Shown one piece after another: positions 39,201 through 53,400 of a DNA stretch of 64,000 bases (position 1 is the first letter of the stretch; every line of letters starts with the position of its first letter). This DNA is from the human T2T-CHM13v2.0 reference genome, Homo sapiens, in assembly GCF_009914755.1 (NCBI RefSeq), contig NC_060925.1; one strand, 5' to 3'. The notes under the pieces were generated by a model. The model did not search any database, was not told the origin of the DNA, and saw only the letters and a program-made list of their open reading frames with translations. The position numbers and the translations under genes are program-made.

Positions 39201-40971
39201 TGTAAGTGGATATTCTGACATCTTGTGGCCGTCGTTGGAAACGGGATTTCTTCATATTCTGCTAGACAGAAGAATTCTCAGTAACTTCCTTGTGTTGTGT
39301 GTATTCAACTCACAGAGTTGAATGATCCTTTACACAGAGCAGACTTGAAACACTCTTTTTGTGGAATTTGCAAGTGGAGATTTCAGCCGCTTTGAGGTCA
39401 ATGGTAGAAAAGTAAATATCTTCGTATAAAGACTAGACAGAATGATTCTTAGAAACTCCTTTGTGATGTGTGCGTTCAACTCACAGAGTTTAACCTTTCT
39501 GTTCATAGAGCAGTTAGGAAACACTCTGTTTGTAAAGTCTGCAAGTGGATATTCAGACCTCCTTTAGGCCTTCGTTGGAAACGGGATTTCTTCATATTCT
39601 GCTAGACAGAAGAATTCTCAGTAACTTCCTTGTGTTGTGTGTATTCAACTCACAGAGTTGAACAATCCTTTACACAGAGCAGACTTGAAACACTCTTTTT
39701 GTGGAATTTGCAAGTGGAGATTTCAGCCGCTTTGAGGTCAATGGTAGAAAAGGAAATATCTTCGTATAAAGACTAGACAGAATGATTCTCATAAACTCCT
39801 TTGTGATGTGTGCGTTCAACTCACAGAGTTTAACTTTTCTGTTCATAGAGCAGTTAGGAAACACTCTGTTTGTAAAGTCTGCAAGTGGATATTCAGACCT
39901 CTTTGAGGCCTTCGTTGGAAACGGGATTTCTTCATATTCTGCTAGACAGAAGAATTCTCAGTAACTTCCTTGTGTTGTGTGTATTCAACTCACAGAGTTG
40001 AACGATCCTTTACACAGAGCAGACTTGAAACATTCTTTTTGTGGAATTTGCAAGTGGAGATTTCAGCCGCTTTGAGGTCAATGGTAGAATAGGAAATATC
40101 TTCCTATAGAAACTAGACAGAACGATTCTCAGAAACTCCTTTGTGATGTGTGCGTTCAACTCACAGAGTTTAACCTTTCTTTTCATAGAGCAGTTAGGAA
40201 ACACTCTGTTTGTAAAGTCTGCAAGTGGATATTCAGACCTCCTTGAGGCCTTCGTTGGAAACGGGATTTCTTCATATTCTGCTAGACAGAAGAATTCTCA
40301 GTAACTTCCTTGTGTTGTGTTTATTCAACTCACAGAGTTGAATGATCCTTTACACAGAGCAGACTTGAAACACTCTTTTTGTGGAATTTGCAAGTGGAGG
40401 TTTCAGCCGCTTTGAGGTCAATGGTAGAAAAGTAAATATCTTCGTATAAAGACTAGACAGAATGATTCTCAGAAACTCCTTTGTGATGTGTGCGTTCAAC
40501 TCACAGAGTTTAACCTTTCTGTTCATAGAGCTGTTAGGAAACACTCTGTTTGTAAAGTCTGCAAGTGGATATTCAGACCTCCTTTAGGCCTTCGTTGGAA
40601 ACGGGATTTCTTCCTATTCTGCTAGACAGAAGAATTCTCAGTAACTTCCTTGTGTTGTGTGTATTCAACTCACAGAGTTGAACGATCCTTTACACAGAGC
40701 AGACTTGAAACACTCTTTTTGTGGAATTTGCAAGTGGAGATTTCAGCCGCTTTGAGGTCAATAGTAGAAAAGGAAATATCTTCGTAGAAAAACTAGACAG
40801 AATGATTCTCAGAAACTCCTTTGTGATGTGTGTGTTCAACTCACAGAGTTTAACCTTTCTTTTCATAGAGCAGTTAGTAAACACTCTGTTTATAAAGTCT
40901 GCAAGTGGATATTCAGACCCCTTTGAGGCCTTCGTTGGAAACGGGATTTCTTCATATTATGCTAGACAGAA
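36217..40971 (+). repeat. 14-mer (A B g h[del4] i e f; 2376 bp) + 14-mer (A B' c d e j f; 2379 bp)
   Basis: Anchors 36242, 38618, 40997, with a 4-bp deletion at ~37494. Confidence 0.85.
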
Positions 40972-43900
40972 GAATTCTCAGTAACTTCCTTGTGTTGTGT
41001 GTATTCAACTGACAGAGTTGAACTTTCATTTAGAGAGAGCAGATTTGAAACACTGTTTTTGTGGAATTTGCAAGTGGAGATTTCAAGCGCTTTGGGGCCA
41101 AAGGCAGAAAAGGAAATATCTTCGTATAAAAACTAGACAGAATCATTCTCAGAAACTGCTGCGTGATGTGTGCGTTCAACTCTCAGAGTTTAACTTTTCT
41201 TTTCATTCAGCGGTTTGGAAACACTCTGTTTGTAAAGTCTGCACGTGGAAATTTTGACCACTTAGAGGCCTTCGTTGGAAACGGGTTTTTTTCATGTAAG
41301 GCTAGACAGAAGAATTCCCAGTAACTTCCTTGTGTTGTGTGCATTCAACTCACAGAGTTGAACGTTCCCTTAGACAGAGCAGATTTGAAACACTCTATTT
41401 GTGCAATTTGCAAGTGTAGATTTCAAGCGCTTTAAGGTCAACGGCAGAAAAGGAAATATCTTCGTTTCAAAACTAGACAGAATCATTCCCACAAACTGCG
41501 TTGTGATGTGTTCGTTCAACTCACAGAGTTTAACCTTTCTGTTCATAGAGCAGTTAGGAAACACTCTGTTTGTAAAGTCTGTAAGTGGATATTCTGACAT
41601 CTTGTGGCCTTCGTTGGAAACGGGATTTCTTCATATTCTGCTAGACAGAAGAATTCTCAGTAACTTCCTTGTGTTGTGTGTATTCAACTCACAGAGTTGA
41701 ATGATCCTTTACACAGAGCCGACTTGAAACACTCTTTTTGTGGAATTTGCAAGTGGAGATTTCAGCCGCTTTGAGGTCAATGGTAGAAAAGTAAATATCT
41801 TCGTATAAAGACTAGACAGAATGATTCTTAGAAACTCCTTTGTGATGTGTGCGTTCAACTCACAGAGTTTAACCTTTCTGTTCATAGAGCAGTTAGGAAA
41901 CACTCTGTTTGTAAAGTCTGCAAGTGGATATTCAGACCTCCTTTAGGCCTTCGTTGGAAACGGGATTTCTTCATATTCTGCTAGACAGAAGAATTCTCAG
42001 TAACTTCCTTGTGTTGTGTGTATTCAACTCACAGAGTTGAACAATCCTTTACACAGAGCAGACTTGAAACACTCTTTTTGTGGAATTTGCAAGTGGAGAT
42101 TTCAGCCGCTTTGAGGTCAATGGTAGAAAAGGAAATATCTTCGTATAAAGACTAGACAGAATGATTCTCATAAACTCCTTTGTGATGTGTGCGTTCAACT
42201 CACAGAGTTTAACTTTTCTTTTCATAGAGCAGTTAGGAAACACTCTGTTTGTAAAGTCTGCAAGTGGATATTCAGACCTCTTTGAGGCCTTCGTTGGAAA
42301 CGGGATTTCTTCATATTCTGCTAGACAGAAGAATTCTCAGTAACTTCCTTGTGTTGTGTGTATTCAACTCACAGAGTTGAACGATCCTTTACACAGAGCA
42401 GACTTGAAACATTCTTTTTGTGGAATTTGCAAGTGGAGATTTCAGCCGCTTTGAGGTCAATGGTAGAATAGGAAATATCTTCCTATAGAAACTAGACAGA
42501 ACGATTCTCAGAAACTCCTTTGTGATGTGTGCGTTCAACTCACAGAGTTTAACCTTTCTTTTCATAGAGCAGTTAGGAAACACTCTGTTTGTAAAGTCTG
42601 CAAGTGGATATTCAGACCTCTTTGAGGCCTTCGTTGGAAACGGGATTTCTTCATATTCTGCTAGACAGAAGAATTCTCAGTAACTTCCTTGTGTTGTGTG
42701 TATTCAACTCACAGAGTTGAACGATCCTTTACACAGAGCAGACTTGAAACACTCTTTTTGTGGAATTTGCAAGTGGAGATTTCAGCCGCTTTGAGGTCAA
42801 TAGTAGAAAAGGAAATATCTTCGTAGAAAAACTAGACAGAATGATTCTCAGAAACTCCTTTGTGATGTGTGTGTTCAACTCACAGAGTTTAACCTTTCTT
42901 TTCATAGAGCAGTTAGTAAACACTCTGTTTATAAAGTCTGCAAGTGGATATTCAGACCCCTTTGAGGCCTTCGTTGGAAACGGGATTTCTTCATATTATG
43001 CTAGACAGAAGAATTCTCAGTAACTTCCTTGTGTTGTGTGTATTCAACTGACAGAGTTGAACTTTCATTTAGAGAGAGCAGATTTGAAACACTGTTTTTG
43101 TGGAATTTGCAAGTGGAGATTTCAAGCGCTTTGGGGCCAAAGGCAGAAAAGGAAATATCTTCGTATAAAAACTAGACAGAATCATTCTCAGAAACTGCTG
43201 CGTGATGTGTGCGTTCAACTCTCAGAGTTTAACTTTTCTTTTCATTCAGCGGTTTGGAAACACTCTGTTTGTAAAGTCTGCACGTGGAAATTTTGACCAC
43301 TTAGAGGCCTTCGTTGGAAACGGGTTTTTTTCATGTAAGGCTAGACAGAAGAATTCCCAGTAACTTCCTTGTGTTGTGTGCATTCAACTCACAGAGTTGA
43401 ACGTTCCCTTAGACAGAGCAGATTTGAAACACTCTATTTGTGCAATTTGCAAGTGTAGATTTCAAGCGCTTTAAGGTCAACGGCAGAAAAGGAAATATCT
43501 TCGTTTCAAAACTAGACAGAATCATTCCCACAAACTGCGTTGTGATGTGTTCGTTCAACTCACAGAGTTTAACCTTTCTGTTCATAGAGCAGTTAGGAAA
43601 CACTCTGTTTGTAAAGTCTGTAAGTGGATATTCTGACATCTTGTGGCCTTCGTTGGAAACGGGATTTCTTCATATTCTGCTAGACAGAAGAATTCTCAGT
43701 AACTTCCTTGTGTTGTGTGTATTCAACTCACAGAGTTGAACGATCCTTTACACAGAGCAGACTTGAAACACTCTTTTTGTGGAATTTGCAAGTGGAGATT
43801 TCAGCCGCTTTGAGGTCAATGGTAGAAAAGGAAACTATCTTCATATAAAGATTAGACAGAATGATTCTCAGAAAATCTTTTGTGATGTGTGCGTTCAACT

Positions 43901-46900
43901 CACAGAGTTTAACTTTTCTTCTCATAGAGCAGTTAGGAAACACTCTGTTTGTAAAGTCTGCAAGTGGATATTCAGACCTCTTTGAGGTCTTCGTTGGAAA
44001 CGGGATTTCTTCATATTATGCTAGACAGAATAATTCTCAGTAACTTCCTTGTGTTGTGTGTATTCAACTCACAGAGTTGAAGGATCCTTTACAGAGAGCA
44101 GGCTTGAAACACTCTTTTTGTCGAATTTGCAAGTGGAGATTTCAGCCGCTTTGTGGTCAATGGTAGAATAGGAAATATCTTCTTATAGAAACTAGACAGA
44201 ATGATTCTCATAAACTCCTTTGTGATGTGTGCGTTCAACTCACAGAGTTTAACCTTTCTTTTCATAGAGCAGTTAGGAAACACTCTGTAAAGTCTGCAAG
44301 TGGATATTCAGACCTCCTTGAGGCCTTCGTTGGAAACGGGATTTCTTCATATTCTGCTAGACAGAAGAATTCTCAGTAACTTCCTTGTGTTGTGTTTATT
44401 CAACTCACAGAGTTGAATGATCCTTTACACAGAGCAGACTTGAAACACTCTTTTTGTGGAATTTGCAAGTGGAGATTTCAGCCGCTTTGAGGTCAATGGT
44501 AGAAAAGTAAATATCTTCCTATAAAGACTAGACAGAATGATTCTCAGAAACTCCTTTGTGATGTGTGCGTTCAACTCACAGAGTTTAACCTTTCTGTTCA
44601 TAGAGCCGTTAGGAAACACTCTGTTTGTAAAGTCTGCAAGTGGATATTCAGACCTCTTTGAGGCCTTCGTTGGAAACGGGATTTCTTCATATTATGCTAG
44701 ACAGAAGAATTCTCAGTAACTTCCTTGTGTTGTGTGTATTCAACTCACAGAGTTGAACGATCCTTTACACAGAGCAGACTTGAAACATTCTTTTTGTGGA
44801 ATTTGCAAGTGGAGATTTCAGCCGCTTTGAGGTCAATGGTAGAATAGGAAATATCTTCCTATAGAAACTAGACAGAACGATTCTCAGAAACTCCTTTGTG
44901 ATGTGTGCGTTCAACTCACAGAGTTTAACCTTTCTTTTCATAGAGCAGTTAGGAAACACTCTGTTTGTAAAGTCTGCAAGTGGATATTCAGACCTCTTTG
45001 AGGCCTTCGTTGGAAACGGGATTTCTTCATATTCTGCTAGACAGAAGAATTCTCAGTAACTTCCTTGTGTTGTGTGTATTCAACTCACAGAGTTGAACGA
45101 TCCTTTACACAGAGCAGACTTGAAACACTCTTTTTGTGGAATTTGCAAGTGGAGATTTCAGCCGCTTTGAGGTCAATAGTAGAAAAGGAAATATCTTCGT
45201 AGAAAAACTAGACAGAATGATTGTCAGAAACTCCTTTGTGATGTGTGTGTTCAACTCACAGAGTTTAACCTTTCTTTTCATAGAGCAGTTAGTAAACACT
45301 CTGTTTATAAAGTCTGCAAGTGGATATTCAGACCCCTTTGAGGCCTTCGTTGGAAACGGGATTTCTTCATATTATGCTAGACAGAAGAATTCTCAGTAAC
45401 TTCCTTGTGTTGTGTGTATTCAACTGACAGAGTTGAACTTTCATTTAGAGAGAGCAGATTTGAAACACTGTTTTTGTGGAATTTGCAAGTGGAGATTTCA
45501 AGCGCTTTGGGGCCAAAGGCAGAAAAGGAAATATCTTCGAATAAAAACTAGACAGAATCATTCTCAGAAACTGCTGCGTGATGTGTGCGTTCAACTCTCA
45601 GAGTTTAACTTTTCTTTTCATTCAGCGGTTTGGAAACACTCTGTTTGTAAAGTCTGCACGTGGAAATTTTGACCACTTAGAGGCCTTCGTTGGAAACGGG
45701 ATTTTTTCATGTAAGGCTAGACAGAAGAATTCCCAGTAACTTCCTTGTGTTGTGTGCATTCAACTCACAGAGTTGAACGTTCCCTTAGACAGAGCAGATT
45801 TGAAACACTCTATTTGTGCAATTTGCAAGTGTAGTTTTCAAGCTCTTTAAGGTCAACGGCAGAAAAGGAAATATCTTCGTTTCAAAACTAGACAGAATCA
45901 TTCCCACAAACTGCGTTGTGATGTGTTCGTTCAACTCACAGAGTTTAACCTTTCTGTTCATAGAGCAGTTAGGAAACACTCTGTTTGTAAAGTCTGTAAG
46001 TGGATATTCTGACATCTTGTGGCCTTCGTTGGAAACGGGATTTCTTCATATTCTGCTAGACAGAAGAATTCTCAGTAACTTCCTTGTGTTGTGTGTATTC
46101 AACTCACAGAGTTGAATGATCCTTTACACAGAGCAGACTTGAAACACTCTTTTTGTGGAATTTGCAAGTGGAGATTTCAGCCGCTTTGAGGTCAATGGTA
46201 GAAAAGTAAATATCTTCGTATAAAGACTAGACAGAATGATTCTTAGAAACTCCTTTGTGATGTGTGCGTTCAACTCACAGAGTTTAACCTTTCTGTTCAT
46301 AGAGCAGTTAGGAAACACTCTGTTTGTAAAGTCTGCAAGTGGATATTCAGACCTCCTTTAGGCCTTCGTTGGAAACGGGATTTCTTCATATTCTGCTAGA
46401 CAGAAGAATTCTCAGTAACTTCCTTGTGTTGTGTGTATTCAACTCACAGAGTTGAACAATCCTTTACACAGAGCAGACTTGAAACACTCTTTTTGTGGAA
46501 TTTGCAAGTGGAGATTTCAGCCGCTTTGAGGTCAATGGTAGAAAAGGAAATATCTTCGTATAAAGACTAGACAGAATGATTCTCATAAACTCCTTTGTGA
46601 TGTGTGCGTTCAACTCACAGAGTTTAACTTTTCTTTTCATAGAGCAGTTAGGAAACACTCTGTTTGTAAAGTCTGCAAGTGGATATTCAGACCTCTTTGA
46701 GGCCTTCGTTGGAAACGGGATTTCTTCATATTCTGCTAGACAGAAGAATTCTCAGTAACTTCCTTGTGTTGTGTGTATTCAACTCACAGAGTTGAACGAT
46801 CCTTTACACAGAGCAGACTTGAAACATTCTTTTTGTGGAATTTGCAAGTGGAGATTTCAGCCGCTTTGAGGTCAATGGTAGAATAGGAAATATCTTCCTA

Positions 46901-47425
46901 TAGAAACTAGACAGAACGATTCTCAGAAACTCCTTTGTGATGTGTGCGTTCAACTCACAGAGTTTAACCTTTCTTTTCATAGAGCAGTTAGGAAACACTC
47001 TGTTTGTAAAGTCTGCAAGTGGATATTCAGACCTCCTTGAGGCCTTCGTTGGAAACGGGATTTCTTCATATTCTGCTAGACAGAAGAATTCTCAGTAACT
47101 TCCTTGTGTTGTGTGTATTCAACTCACAGAGTTGAACGATCCTTTACACAGAGCAGACTTGAAACACTCTTTTTGTGGAATTTGCAATTGGAGATTTCAG
47201 CCGCTTTGAGGTCAATAGTAGAAAAGGAAATATCTTCGTAGAAAAACTAGACAGAATGATTCTCAGAAACTCCTTTGTGATGTGTGTGTTCAACTCACAG
47301 AGTTTAACCTTTCTTTTCATAGAGCAGTTAGTAAACACTCTGTTTATAAAGTCTGCAAGTGGATATTCAGACCCCTTTGAGGCCTTCGTTGGAAACGGGA
47401 TTTCTTCATATTATGCTAGACAGAA
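40972..47425 (+). repeat. 12-mer + 14-mer (del4, 2376 bp) + 12-mer (B')
   Basis: Anchors 40997, 43036, 45412, 47451. Confidence 0.85.
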
Positions 47426-50400
47426 GAATTCTCAGTAACTTCCTTGTGTTGTGTGTATTCAACTGACAGAGTTGAACTTTCATTTAGAGAGAGCAGATTT
47501 GAAACACTGTTTTTGTGGAATTTGCAAGTGGAGATTTCAAGCGCTTTGGGGCCAAAGGCAGAAAAGGAAATATCTTCGTATAAAAACTAGACAGAATCAT
47601 TCTCAGAAACTGCTGCGTGATGTGTGCGTTCAACTCTCAGAGTTTAACTTTTCTTTTCATTCAGCGGTTTGGAAACACTCTGTTTGTAAAGTCTGCACGT
47701 GGAAATTTTGACCACTTAGAGGCCTTTGTTGGAAACGGGTTTTTTTCATGTAAGGCTAGACAGAAGAATTCCCAGTAACTTCCTTGTGTTGTGTGCATTC
47801 AACTCACAGAGTTGAACGTTCCCTTAGACAGAGCAGATTTGAAACACTCTATTTGTGCAATTTGCAAGTGTAGATTTCAAGCGCTTTAAGGTCAACGGCA
47901 GAAAAGGAAATATCTTCGTTTCAAAACTAGACAGAATCATTCCCAAAAACTGCGTTGTGATGTGTTCGTTCAACTCACAGAGTTTAACCTTTCTGTTCAT
48001 AGAGCAGTTAGGAAACACTCTGTTTGTAAAGTCTGTAAGTGGATATTCTGACATCTTGTGGCCTTCGTTGGAAACGGGATTTCTTCATATTCTGCTAGAC
48101 AGAAGAATTCTCAGTAACTTCCTTGTGTTGTGTGTATTCAACTCACAGAGTTGAACGATCCTTTACACAGAGCAGACTTGAAACACTCTTTTTGTGGAAT
48201 TTGCAAGTGGAGATTTCAGCCGCTTTGAGGTCAATGGTAGAAAAGGAAACTATCTTCATATAAAGATTAGACAGAATGATTCTCAGAAAATCTTTTGTGA
48301 TGTGTGCGTTCAACTCACAGAGTTTAACTTTTCTTCTCATAGAGCAGTTAGGAAACACTCTGTTTGTAAAGTCTGCAAGTGGATATTCAGACCTCTTTGA
48401 GGTCTTCGTTGGAAACGGGATTTCTTCATATTATGCTAGACAGAATAATTCTCAGTAACTTCCTTGTGTTGTGTGTATTCAACTCACAGAGTTGAAGGAT
48501 CCTTTACAGAGAGCAGGCTTGAAACACTCTTTTTGTCGAATTTGCAAGTGGAGATTTCAGCCGCTTTGTGGTCAATGGTAGAATAGGAAATATCTTCTTA
48601 TAGAAACTAGACAGAATGATTCTCATAAACTCCTTTGTGATGTGTGCGTTCAACTCACAGAGTTTAACCTTTATTTTCATAGAGCAGTTAGGAAACACTC
48701 TGTTTGTAAAGTCTGCAAGTGGATATTCAGACCTCCTTGAGGCCTTCGTTGGAAACGGGATTTCTTCATATTCTGCTAGACAGAAGAATTCTCAGTAACC
48801 TCCTTGTGTTGTGTTTATTCAACTCACAGAGTTGAATGATCCTTTACAGAGAGCAGACTTGAAACACTCTTTTTGTGGAATTTGCAAGTGGAGATTTCAG
48901 CCGCTTTGAGGTCAATGGTAGAAAAGTAAATATCTTCCTATAAAGACTAGACAGAATGATTCTCAGAAACTCCTTTGTGATGTGTGCGTTCAACTCACAG
49001 AGTTTAACCTTTCTGTTCATAGAGCCGTTAGGAAACACTCTGTTTGTAAAGTCTGCAAGTGGATATTCAGACCTCTTTGAGGCCTTCGTTGGAAACGGGA
49101 TTTCTTCATATTATGCTAGACAGAAGAATTCTCAGTAACTTCCTTGTGTTGTGTGTATTCAACTCACAGAGTTGAACGATCCTTTACACAGAGCAGACTT
49201 GAAACATTCTTTTTGTGGAATTTGCAAGTGGAGATTTCAGCCGCTTTGAGGTCAATGGTAGAATAGGAAATATCTTCCTATAGAAACTAGACAGAACGAT
49301 TCTCAGAAACTCCTTTGTGATGTGTGCGTTCAACTCACAGAGTTTAACCTTTCTTTTCATAGAGCAGTTAGGAAACACTCTGTTTGTAAAGTCTGCAAGT
49401 GGATATTCAGACCTCCTTGAGGCCTTCGTTGGAAACGGGATTTCTTCATATTCTGCTAGACAGAAGAATTCTCAGTAACTTCCTTGTGTTGTGTTTATTC
49501 AACTCACAGAGTTGAATGATCCTTTACACAGAGCAGACTTGAAACACTCTTTTTGTGGAATTTGCAAGTGGAGATTTCAGCCGCTTTGAGGTCAATGGTA
49601 GAAAAGTAAATATCTTCGTATAAAGACTAGACAGAATGATTCTCAGAAACTCCTTTGTGATGTGTGCGTTCAACTCACAGAGTTTAACCTTTCTGTTCAT
49701 AGAGCTGTTAGGAAACACTCTGTTTGTAAAGTCTGCAAGTGGATATTCAGACCTCCTTTAGGCCTTCGTTGGAAACGGGATTTCTTCATATTCTGCTAGA
49801 CAGAAGAATTCTCAGTAACTTCCTTGTGTTGTGTGTATTCAACTCACAGAGTTGAACGATCCTTTACACAGAGCAGACTTGAAACACTCTTTTTGTGGAA
49901 TTTGCAAGTGGAGATTTCAGCCGCTTTGAGGTCAATAGTAGAAAAGGAAATATCTTCGTAGAAAAACTAGACAGAATGATTCTCAGAAACTCCTTTGTGA
50001 TGTGTGTGTTCAACTCACAGAGTTTAACCTTTCTTTTCATAGAGCAGTTAGTAAACACTCTGTTTATAAAGTCTGCAAGTGGATATTCAGACCCCTTTGA
50101 GGCCTTCGTTGGAAACGGGATTTCTTCATATTATGCTAGACAGAAGAATTCTCAGTAACTTCCTTGTGTTGTGTGTATTCAACTGACAGAGTTGAACTTT
50201 CATTTAGAGAGAGCAGATTTGAAACACTGTTTTTGTGGAATTTGCAAGTGGAGATTTCAAGCGCTTTGGGGCCAAAGGCAGAAAAGGAAATATCTTCGTA
50301 TAAAAACTAGACAGAATCATTCTCAGAAACTGCTGCGTGATGTGTGCGTTCAACTCTCAGAGTTTAACTTTTCTTTTCATTCAGCGGTTTGGAAACACTC

Positions 50401-53400
50401 TGTTTGTAAAGTCTGCACGTGGAAATTTTGACCACTTAGAGGCCTTCGTTGGAAACGGGTTTTTTTCATGTAAGGCTAGACAGAAGAATTCCCAGTAACT
50501 TCCTTGTGTTGTGTGCATTCAACTCACAGAGTTGAACGTTCCCTTAGACAGAGCAGATTTGAAACACTCTATTTGTGCAATTTGCAAGTGTAGATTTCAA
50601 GCGCTTTAAGGTCAACGGCAGAAAAGGAAATATCTTCGTTTCAAAACTAGACAGAATCATTCCCACAAACTGCGTTGTGATGTGTTCGTTCAACTCACAG
50701 AGTTTAACCTTTCTGTTCATAGAGCAGTTAGGAAACACTCTGTTTGTAAAGTCTGTAAGTGGATATTCTGACATCTTGTGGCCTTCGTTGGAAACGGGAT
50801 TTCTTCATATTCTGCTAGACAGAAGAATTCTCAGTAACTTCCTTGTGTTGTGTGTATTCAACTCACAGAGTTGAATGATCCTTTACACAGAGCAGACTTG
50901 AAACACTCTTTTTGTGGAATTTGCAAGTGGAGATTTCAGCCGCTTTGAGGTCAATGGTAGAAAAGTAAATATCTTCGTATAAAGACTAGACAGAATGATT
51001 CTTAGAAACTCCTTTGTGATGTGTGCGTTCAACTCACAGAGTTTAACCTTTCTGTTCATAGAGCAGTTAGGAAACACTCTGTTTGTAAAGTCTGCAAGTG
51101 GATATTCAGACCTCCTTTAGGCCTTCGTTGGAAACGGGATTTCTTCATATTCTGCTAGACAGAAGAATTCTCAGTAACTTCCTTGTGTTGTGTGTATTCA
51201 ACTCACAGAGTTGAACAATCCTTTACACAGAGCAGACTTGAAACACTCTTTTTGTGGAATTTGCAAGTGGAGATTTCAGCCGCTTTGAGGTCAATGGTAG
51301 AAAAGGAAATATCTTCGTATAAAGACTAGACAGAATGATTCTCATAAACTCCTTTGTGATGTGTGCGTTCAACTCACAGAGTTTAACTTTTCTTTTCGTA
51401 GAGCAGTTAGGAAACACTCTGTTTGTAAAGTCTGCAAGTGGATATTCAGACCTCTTTGAGGCCTTCGTTGGAAACGGGATTTCTTCATATTATGCTAGAC
51501 AGAAGAATTCTCAGTAACTTCCTTGTGTTGTGTGTATTCAACTCACAGAGTTGAACGATCCTTTACACAGAGCAGACTTGAAACATTCTTTTTGTGGAAT
51601 TTGCAAGTGGAGATTTCAGCCGCTTTGAGGTCAATGGTAGAATAGGAAATATCTTCCTATAGAAACTAGACAGAACGATTCTCAGAAACTCCTTTGTGAT
51701 GTGTGCGTTCAACTCACAGAGTTTAACCTTTCTTTTCATAGAGCAGTTAGGAAACACTCTGTTTGTAAAGTCTGCAAGTGGATATTCAGACCTCTTTGAG
51801 GCCTTCGTTGGAAACGGGATTTCTTCATATTCTGCTAGACAGAAGAATTCTCAGTAACTTCCTTGTGTTGTGTGTATTCAACTCACAGAGTTGAACGATC
51901 CTTTACACAGAGCAGAGTTGAAACACTCTTTTTGTGGAATTTGCAAGTGGAGATTTCAGCCGCTTTGAGGTCAATAGTAGAAAAGGAAATATCTTCGTAG
52001 AAAAACTAGACAGAATGATTCTCAGAAACTCCTTTGTGATGTGTGTGTTCAACTCACAGAGTTTAACCTTTCTTTTCATAGAGCAGTTAGTAAACACTCT
52101 GTTTATAAAGTCTGCAAGTGGATATTCAGACCCCTTTGAGGCCTTCGTTGGAAACGGGATTTCTTCATATTATGCTAGACAGAAGAATTCTCAGTAACTT
52201 CCTTGTGTTGTGTGTATTCAACTGACAGAGTTGAACTTTCATTTAGAGAGAGCAGATTTGAAACACTGTTTTTGTGGAATTTGCAAGTGGAGATTTCAAG
52301 CGCTTTGGGGCCAAAGGCAGAAAAGGAAATATCTTCGTATAAAAACTAGACAGAATCATTCTCAGAAACTGCTGCGTGATGTGTGCGTTCAACTCTCAGA
52401 GTTTAACTTTTCTTTTCATTCAGCGGTTTGGAAACACTCTGTTTGTAAAGTCTGCACGTGGAAATTTTGACCACTTAGAGGCCTTCGTTGGAAACGGGTT
52501 TTTTTCATGTAAGGCTAGACAGAAGAATTCCCAGTAACTTCCTTGTGTTGTGTGCATTCAACTCACAGAGTTGAACGTTCCCTTAGACAGAGCAGATTTG
52601 AAACACTCTATTTGTGCAATTTGCAAGTGTAGATTTCAAGCGCTTTAAGGTCAACGGCAGAAAAGGAAATATCTTCGTTTCAAAACTAGACAGAATCATT
52701 CCCACAAACTGCGTTGTGATGTGTTCGTTCAACTCACAGAGTTTAACCTTTCTGTTCATAGAGCAGTTAGGAAACACTCTGTTTGTAAAGTCTGTAAGTG
52801 GATATTCTGACATCTTGTGGCCTTCGTTGGAAACGGGATTTCTTCATATTCTGCTAGACAGAAGAATTCTCAGTAACTTCCTTGTGTTGTGTGTATTCAA
52901 CTCACAGAGTTGAACGATCCTTTACACAGAGCAGACTTGAAACACTCTTTTTGTGGAATTTGCAAGTGGAGATTTCAGCCGCTTTGAGGTCAATGGTAGA
53001 AAAGGAAACTATCTTCATATAAAGATTAGACAGAATGATTCTCAGAAAATCTTTTGTGATGTGTGCGTTCAACTCACAGAGTTTAACTTTTCTTCTCATA
53101 GAGCAGTTAGGAAACACTCTGTTTGTAAAGTCTGCAAGTGGATATTCAGACCTCTTTGAGGTCTTCGTTGGAAACGGGATTTCTTCATATTATGCTAGAC
53201 AGAATAATTCTCAGTAACTTCCTTGTGTTGTGTGTATTCAACTCACAGAGTTGAAGGATCCTTTACAGAGAGCAGGCTTGAAACACTCTTTTTGTCGAAT
53301 TTGCAAGTGGAGATTTCAGCCGCTTTGTGGTCAATGGTAGAATAGGAAATATCTTCTTATAGAAACTAGACAGAATGATTCTCATAAACTCCTTTGTGAT

